From positions 7,192,001-7,256,000 of the forward strand of contig NC_045723.1 in NCBI RefSeq assembly GCF_009834535.1: DNA of 64,000 bases. Reading direction: 5' to 3'. How positions within the stretch are numbered: position 1 is the stretch's first letter; each line of letters begins with the position of its first letter. The position numbers were made by a program, and so were the translations under genes. Below are positions 57,950 to 64,000 of this stretch, in pieces. Source of the stretch: Camelus ferus. Taxonomy: Eukaryota. The notes under the pieces were generated by a model. That model was not told the DNA's origin, did not search any database, and was given only the letters and a program-made list of their open reading frames with translations.

Positions 57950-58450
57950 CAGTCTGACACAGCCCTCGGACTCCGCTGGACTGCGGCCTCGCGGGGCTGG
58001 CCAATAAACTGGCGAGGTGAGGGAGGACGACCAATCAGAGCATCCAAGAGGCGGGCACAGTAGCCACCGAAAGCGGAAGTATTAATTTTCTCACCTCTGA
58101 TTGGCTAGAAAAGCCAGGTGACAAAAGGCTGAAGCCAATGGCAGGAGCCGGGGCTAGTCAGACAACATTCGCCTCGGAGTCCCAGCTTGGGGTAAATTCC
58201 TGGGAGGGACTTGTAGATCGCGTCCCTAGAGCCCTGAAATGCCAAGTGTCCGGGCTTTAGGGGGTCTTCGATCTGCTCTGCGGCTCAAGAGGGTCTCGGC
58301 AGTGCGGATGCTAGCGGCCTCTTAGAAAGAGGGAGGCGCTGGCCCAGGGCTCAAGAGTTCTGCGAGCCTAGGGAAGCCTGGAGTCAGGGCGCTTCCCGCT
58401 GCTCTAACCCGTCCCCGCCGGGCACTTCTGCACCCGCTGCGCTCTAGTTG
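57950..58450 (-). promoter_or_regulatory. RNF181 CpG-rich promoter with four CCAAT boxes and an ETS site
   Basis: CCAAT at 58001, 58031 and 58135, ATTGG at 58100, CGGAAGT at 58074-58080. Confidence 0.7.
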
Positions 58451-58759
58451 ATTCAGGACTTGTCGCTTGACTTCTCCATGACCCCCGCAAAACAAACAAA
58501 AATTTCCTGCTCGTTTCTTCTGTGTTAGGCACGATAATAAAGGGTGGGGCAACCTCCTCAACCGAGAGGAGGACGATCCCTGCAGGGAAATCGGGGGGCT
58601 TACCAGCCCTCTGAACTATCTGTGTGACCTTTAGCCCATTGCTCAACCTCTCCCCTAGCTTCTGTACAACTAGTGGCTTGAATTAAATAAGTGGTTTGCA
58701 TCCCTCGCCACCCATAATCTCCCGGAGCGAGAAGAAGGCGGGATTGTAGCTTTAGGGAA

Positions 58760-58890
58760 AAAAAAACAAAAACCACGTCTGATACTTACCCTCAAAGATT
58801 TTGATTTAACTGATCTAGGCCTGCCTGGGCATGGTATTTTTATAAGTTCTGCAGGTGATTCTCTGGTGTGAGGCAAGGTTGAGAACCACT
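58760..58890. mobile_element. MER5A-like MITE
   Basis: GGCCTGCCTGGGCATGGTATTTTTATAAGTTCTGCAGGTGATTCT...GGTTGAGAACCACT. Confidence 0.6.
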
Positions 58891-60034
58891 ACATTAAATG
58901 ATTTGGATGACAGCTACCATTTATTTGGCATCTAGAACTATAACATTGATATATATTTTACGTATGGTGTAATTAATCCCCACAATTGTCCTGGGAGCTA
59001 AGTATCACTATCCCTTTTTAACATATGTAAACCCCAAGTACCGGAAGTGGCTTGCCTGAATTCACAGGGCCTGTCAGTGGTGTTGCAGACCAAAGTGCAG
59101 GCATGTGCTTTCCTCCATCTTTCCCAGGAAAGGCAGGTAACAATGAGCCTAGCGGAAGTAGCCGGCTCTGTGCAGGTACAGTTGCGTACAAATTAAGGGT
59201 TTGTTCTTGTTTCTCTGCCAGTAACCCTCACTCCACCTCACAAGGAGCTGCTTCTGTTACACACTTGACCCTGAATTCCCCTTCCCACCCATACTTGAGT
59301 TTGAGATGTTAAATAGCCCAGGAAGTGGCTGCCCTGCTTCCCAGGTCTTGGTAGGGCCTTTCCTTTTTCCATGGCCTTTTTCATTACCCAGTGATCTTTC
59401 CTGGCACCCTGAAGGCACTATCTGCTTGATTGTATGTGATTCTAGAGCTCTGAAAAGCCCAAATTCTTTCCTACAGGGCAAACTCCAGGCCATCCTTTGT
59501 GACTCTGCATTACAGCACCGTGGAAGGAAGCCGTCTGCACGCACTGCCCCATCCCCCACCCACAACCTACAATCTGGTGTAAAGTTTGAGGAAGAATGTG
59601 GGCGGAGAGATTGGAGAAGAGGTGCTCAAGGGTCAAAGGTCTCTCTGAGGGTGAGAGCCTTGTAATATAAACATTTTGGAAGTGTTTTCCTCTTTGTCAT
59701 CCCATCTGGAGTCCCACTGGTCCTCTGAACATCCCAAGACATCAGAAAAGTAATAGATTTCATTCTCAGGGGAACATTCTCAGAGGCACTGGTTGAAGGG
59801 TTTGGTTGGGGGGCTGTTGTGTCTTTACACCTGCACTCTGGAAGGATCTGTCTGTGTAGGGTTGGATCAAGTCAGGAAGGGAGAGGAAGGGGCCACCTCC
59901 CAGGACTGGAGTCCTTTGGGACTTTCTAAGTAGCCCCAGGAGTGCAGGCAGAGCAAGATGAACCAACTTGGAAACCTTCAAACACACACACGCATACACA
60001 TGCACACACACCAGCTTTTAACCAAACAGCAGCT

Positions 60035-60040
60035 TTTACT
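60035..60040 (-). terminator. Probable VAMP5 variant poly(A) signal AGTAAA
   Basis: TTTACT on the + strand; a (GT)n-rich element follows on the minus strand (59981-60011). Confidence 0.45.
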
Positions 60041-60251
60041 AAGCTCCAGATGGGGCTGGTCTGGCATGGCCGGTGTAGCAAGCTGCCTCAAGGGCCAGTC
60101 TGTGGTGTGATAGGAGATAACAAAGGTGCACAAATTGGGGCTGCCTTTCTGGGCTCACTGCGGTGGCTCAGATGGGAGCAAATGCCAGGGTTTTCTGAAG
60201 ACCAAAACCAGCCAGTGTGGGCATTGGGCCTTTTTTTCAGGCCCAGCTGGG

Positions 60252-61081
60252 TCAGTCCCCAGGCCCTGAGGAAGCACCTGCGCCCTGGGCCTGTGGGGCA
60301 CCACTGTTCTTGCTGCTTAGTGAGAGAAAGACGGCCAGCAGCACGATCAGTATAATGACCAGGCTGCCGCCCACGATCGCCCCCAAGTAGATCCGGCAAC
60401 GGATGTTCTCCCAGCGCTTCTTCCGGGCCATAGTCTTGGTTGTCTTGCTGAAGGCTGAGCTCTGTGGACACCCCCAGACATAAGGTGTGAGTTGGGTGTT
60501 TCCCCAGAGCCCCGAACCAGCCCCTTCCAGCCCTGCCCTGGCAAGGCCTAGTCTCCTCCCGCAGCCTCCCCATCCTGTCTGCTCCCTTCCTCCACACAGC
60601 CTTCCCTGGGATCCCCCAGCCTGACTCCTGGTCTCAGACACTGGTGTAGCCCCTGACTCGCACTCCTACGGGCTCACACACCATCCCGCTTCTCCCTACT
60701 GTTAACAGTGCTAGTCTTCAGCCTTTAGGAAGATCCACAGCTTCAAACCAAGGCCTTCTTACTGCATAAGGCCTACCTACCTGTTGCATAGCTAGGTTGG
60801 GGGGTGCCTCAAGAAACCCCACACTGGCCCTTGGGTGAGCCTCAGGCCCCCAAGTGGCCTGGAGACCCTAAGCACAGCCTGAGAGCTCCCTCTGAGGGCC
60901 CCTCCTAGTCTCTCCCCCAACCCTGCTTCCCCAGGCCTCATACCATATCTAGGAGTTGGTCTGAACGTTTTTCCAGCTCCGCCAGCTTCCCGTCACGCTC
61001 CAGGACCTTGCCGAAGTTGTTGAGCATGATTTCTGTCACCTCATCTGCCTGCCGCTGGCACTGCTCCAGCTCTTTCCCTGC
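60252..61081 (-). CDS. VAMP5: Vesicle-associated membrane protein 5 (R-SNARE), exons 2-3; ATG exon not seen in window
   Basis: Exon 60944-61081 ([46 protein letters not shown]) and 60252-60461 ([26 protein letters not shown] + TM + SSGPGD*). With a 3-nt ATG exon this gives 116 aa. Confidence 0.96.
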
Positions 61082-63646
61082 CTGTGCACCAAGCCCAAGG
61101 TCAGGGTTACACAAGGCCCCCATTTGGCCCTCATCTGGTCCTGAGACCTAGAGACCCCCTTGCCCCCACAGCGTGTGTATGTGTGTGTGTACACACGTGT
61201 AGTATCTGAGTAAGGGGAACAGCATCTTTCATGGAAGGGTCTGATATGTGCAGAGTGAAGGGCCAGCCTGCCGGGGGGTGTGGCTCACCTTGGGCTCCTC
61301 CCCTTACCTATCACAGCAGGTCCTAGATCAGCCTTGACCTCCAGCATTTCAGCTTCCTCTAAGGTGGCCCCAGATGGGACCTTCCAAAGCAGACACTTTG
61401 CTCACCTGCTCTAGGTTGGCCTTGACTCAAGGCACACCTGCCCTATGGCTTCCCACTGGCCTAAGGAGGCAGCAAAGAACAGAGAGCCAAGCTACTTGGC
61501 CAGAGGCAGACAGGGAGGAGCTCCACCCCACAGAGCTAGAGAGGTAATTTTGGACCACCACACGTTATAGCCTCTGCCTCACCCCACAGACACAAACTGA
61601 GATCAGATCTCCCTCCCCGCCCTCCCCAGGATTCTGACTGGTCAGGCCAGTTCTGCCTCCTGGCCTGACCCTGCTCCCACATCAGTGCTCAAAGATGATT
61701 CTCCATCTGCCTGAGAACCTCAGCCTTCCTGGTCCCTGGCCTCCAGCTTTCCGGCTGGCCAAGATCTTCTCTGGGTTCCACCTCACACAGAGGAGACCTA
61801 CTCTGATTTCCCAGCCTCATCTGACAAAAGAACCCAGCTCATTTCAGAGGACTGGGATGGGAGATGCAGGATCCAAGCAGGGAGACTGAGGGGACAGGAG
61901 GAAGAAGAAAGCAGGGGTCCCAAGCAAGAAAGGAACTGGGCTTTGGATGCAGGCAACCGGGAGACTCAGGGCAGGGGGCCCTAGTAAGAGCTTGAAGTCC
62001 AGGGACATGTCAGAGAGATGAACACCAGCGGATTAACAAACCACAGCTACTCCCTCTGCCCAGCCTAGTCCCCCACAGCCCAGCCCTGCTCTCATCTCCT
62101 CCCCACAGAACACGGGCCAAGCTCCTTTTCCTGCCAGACTATATTGCCCATTGTCTGCAGTAGACATTTTGGCACTTGACTGAATTCCACTTAAAACCAG
62201 AGAAAGGGAAGGGATCTGGTGGTCACAGAGCGCCACCTCCTACTCAGGCAAGAATCCTCATTGAGGATTTGTGCAGCTGCCTTGCACACAACCTTCAAGC
62301 ATTCTCAGTATATGAGTCTGACCTCCCCAACTGGACCACAGGCTCCCAGCAGGAGGGCAGAGGCCAGTGCCTGGGGGCCCAACATCGTGCTGACCACTGC
62401 AGGAACTCAGTGAGTGGGCCAGCTGCATTATAGCATATCCAAATGCAACTGTTACTCTCAAGTTTGTTATCCCAGGGTGTTTATCTAGCCCAGCAGGAAT
62501 TTGGAGGGGCAGGCATCTGAAACCCAAGTAGGCCAATATTTACCCATGAACTAGAAAAGCAACCTGCTTTGAGAAGGGGGGTAGCAAACCACGACGGAGG
62601 GGCGCACTCACAGGCTGGGGCAAGCAGTACCAGGGGAACAAGGAGGAAGAATGAAGAAAGCAGGGAAGCCGTATACTCATCTCTACCTTTTCCTGAGTCA
62701 ACCGTCATCACTACTATCATGGCTGCTATATTCCTCAACAAGTCTTCATTATTTGGAGTCTCTCACATTCAAACAGTCCAAGCCCTCCTCACATTCAAAT
62801 AGTCCAACACAAAAACCTGGGAATGGACCAAGAGTCAAAAATGAGAATCACTGCTAGAGGCCGGTGGGATGCAGGACATTATTTTTTCTTCTCTGAACCC
62901 TACAGCTGTTGTTATCTTATTCTCCAACACGGGGTGGTGTTGGGTCACATTCTTCAAGAGACCTGGCTGTGCCTCCTGCTGCAAGCTGCAGCCTCCTTCC
63001 CTCACTGCGAAGCCAGGCCTGTCCAGAGCCAAGATGGGCCCACGCCTAAAAGAACACAGAGGCCTCCAGGTTCAAGTCTCTGGCCCTCCTTGGCCCCACT
63101 CAACCAGAGGAAAAAGGACACCGTATGCACTGGTCACTGCTGGCACAGTGATTGAGATAGAGAACTGCGTGGTGGGGAAGGAGGTAAGTGGCCAGAGGGC
63201 AAGACCACGCCACCTCCTGCCACACAGAACTCGGCAGAGTGCCTGGCACACAGTGGACGTGCGGAAAATATTTTCTGAATGAACTGTGCCTGTTCTTAAA
63301 AGGATCACTATAGGCCTGGGGAAAGACATACGTGATACAGTCAGAGAAAAGAGTTTATAGCGTGAGATACAAACAGTGAGTGTCGGAGCTGCCCACAGAG
63401 AGGGGGTTCCTGAGATGGGGGATGAGGGGGGAGCTCGGACACTCGTGCCACAGAGAGACAGAGACATACTCGGGACAGTGACAGTCTGGCAGAGGGTAAG
63501 GATGGAAGGGGCAGGACGGGAATTGAGAAAGCAGTAAAAGCCAAGAAGAGGAAGCTTATGTGGAGGGAAGGATGGACCCAGAGCTAGCGTAGGTTTCTGA
63601 GCCTGGAGGGACTTCAGGAGAATTTCTCTGCTGGTAGTAAAAGAGA

Positions 63647-63728
63647 ATGGAGGTGAGAAAACTCAAGACGAGCGGCCACCAGAAGGCATGGAGGTGAGAA
63701 AACTCAAGAAGAGAGGCCACCAGAAGGC
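63647..63728 (+). repeat. 41-bp tandem duplication (2 copies, 2 mismatches)
   Basis: ATGGAGGTGAGAAAACTCAAGA(C/A)GAG(C/A)GGCCACCAGAAGGC at 63647-63687 and 63688-63728. Confidence 0.95.
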
Positions 63729-64000
63729 ACAGAAAAGTGCCATCGGCAAGGGTCTGAGGTGTCCCGCAGGCTAGCGGGGAGCGGGAGCGAGGGCAAGAGG
63801 AAGGGAGGGTGAAAGAGGACTTCCGGGGTTTGGGGGGGTGTGGAGGCAGCACTGCTGGCAAAGGGTGTTAGTTACAGGAAACGGACAGACCGTTACCTGT
63901 ATGCAGAATACCCCTCTTTGATTCTCAAATCCCCCCTTAGGGTTTTCCAAGCCAAATAAGTTGCTTTCTCTGAAAACAAAGCTCTCAAAAACCTCCCTTA

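Noticed and set aside
1-64000. CRISPR arrays, rRNA, prokaryotic defence or phage systems
   Set aside because: The sequence is intron-rich mammalian DNA with no repeat-spacer arrays or rRNA motifs.

Overview
Mammalian genomic DNA, most likely a camelid (camel/alpaca/llama), judged from four copies of a GGGGAGGGTATAGCTCAGTGGTAGAG... tRNA-derived SINE. The window is the conserved block syntenic to human 2p11.2, read in reverse: SFTPB (+, CDS 4928-11666, 370 aa), USP39 (-, 17785-41870, 13 exons, 565 aa if the exon-1 gap is sized correctly), C2orf68 ortholog (+, 43571-45384), TMEM150A (+, 51923-54938, 271 aa), RNF181 (-, 56197-57939, 153 aa) and VAMP5 (-, exons 2-3; the ATG exon is probably outside the window). 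All visible exon boundaries were traced by hand to GT/AG signals, and the reading frames close. There are three N-gaps; two hide GC-rich coding exons. Intergenic and intronic DNA holds an ERV-L pol remnant, L1/L2/MIR/MaLR/DNA-transposon fossils and a probable solo LTR. I found no clear novel system. Best leads: (i) unexplained exon-like structure upstream of SFTPB (a terminal ORF whose stop overlaps AATAAA, and a spliced 50-aa signal-peptide-like His-rich micro-ORF); (ii) a U12-type minor intron and an overlapping uORF in TMEM150A; (iii) extreme exon-specific GC3 in USP39, suggesting GC-biased gene conversion; (iv) lineage-looking changes in SP-B (K16N, short exon 5, degenerate distal poly(A) signal, perfectly palindromic NKX2-1 element). 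Comparisons with human, cow and pig sequences are from memory and need checking by alignment.
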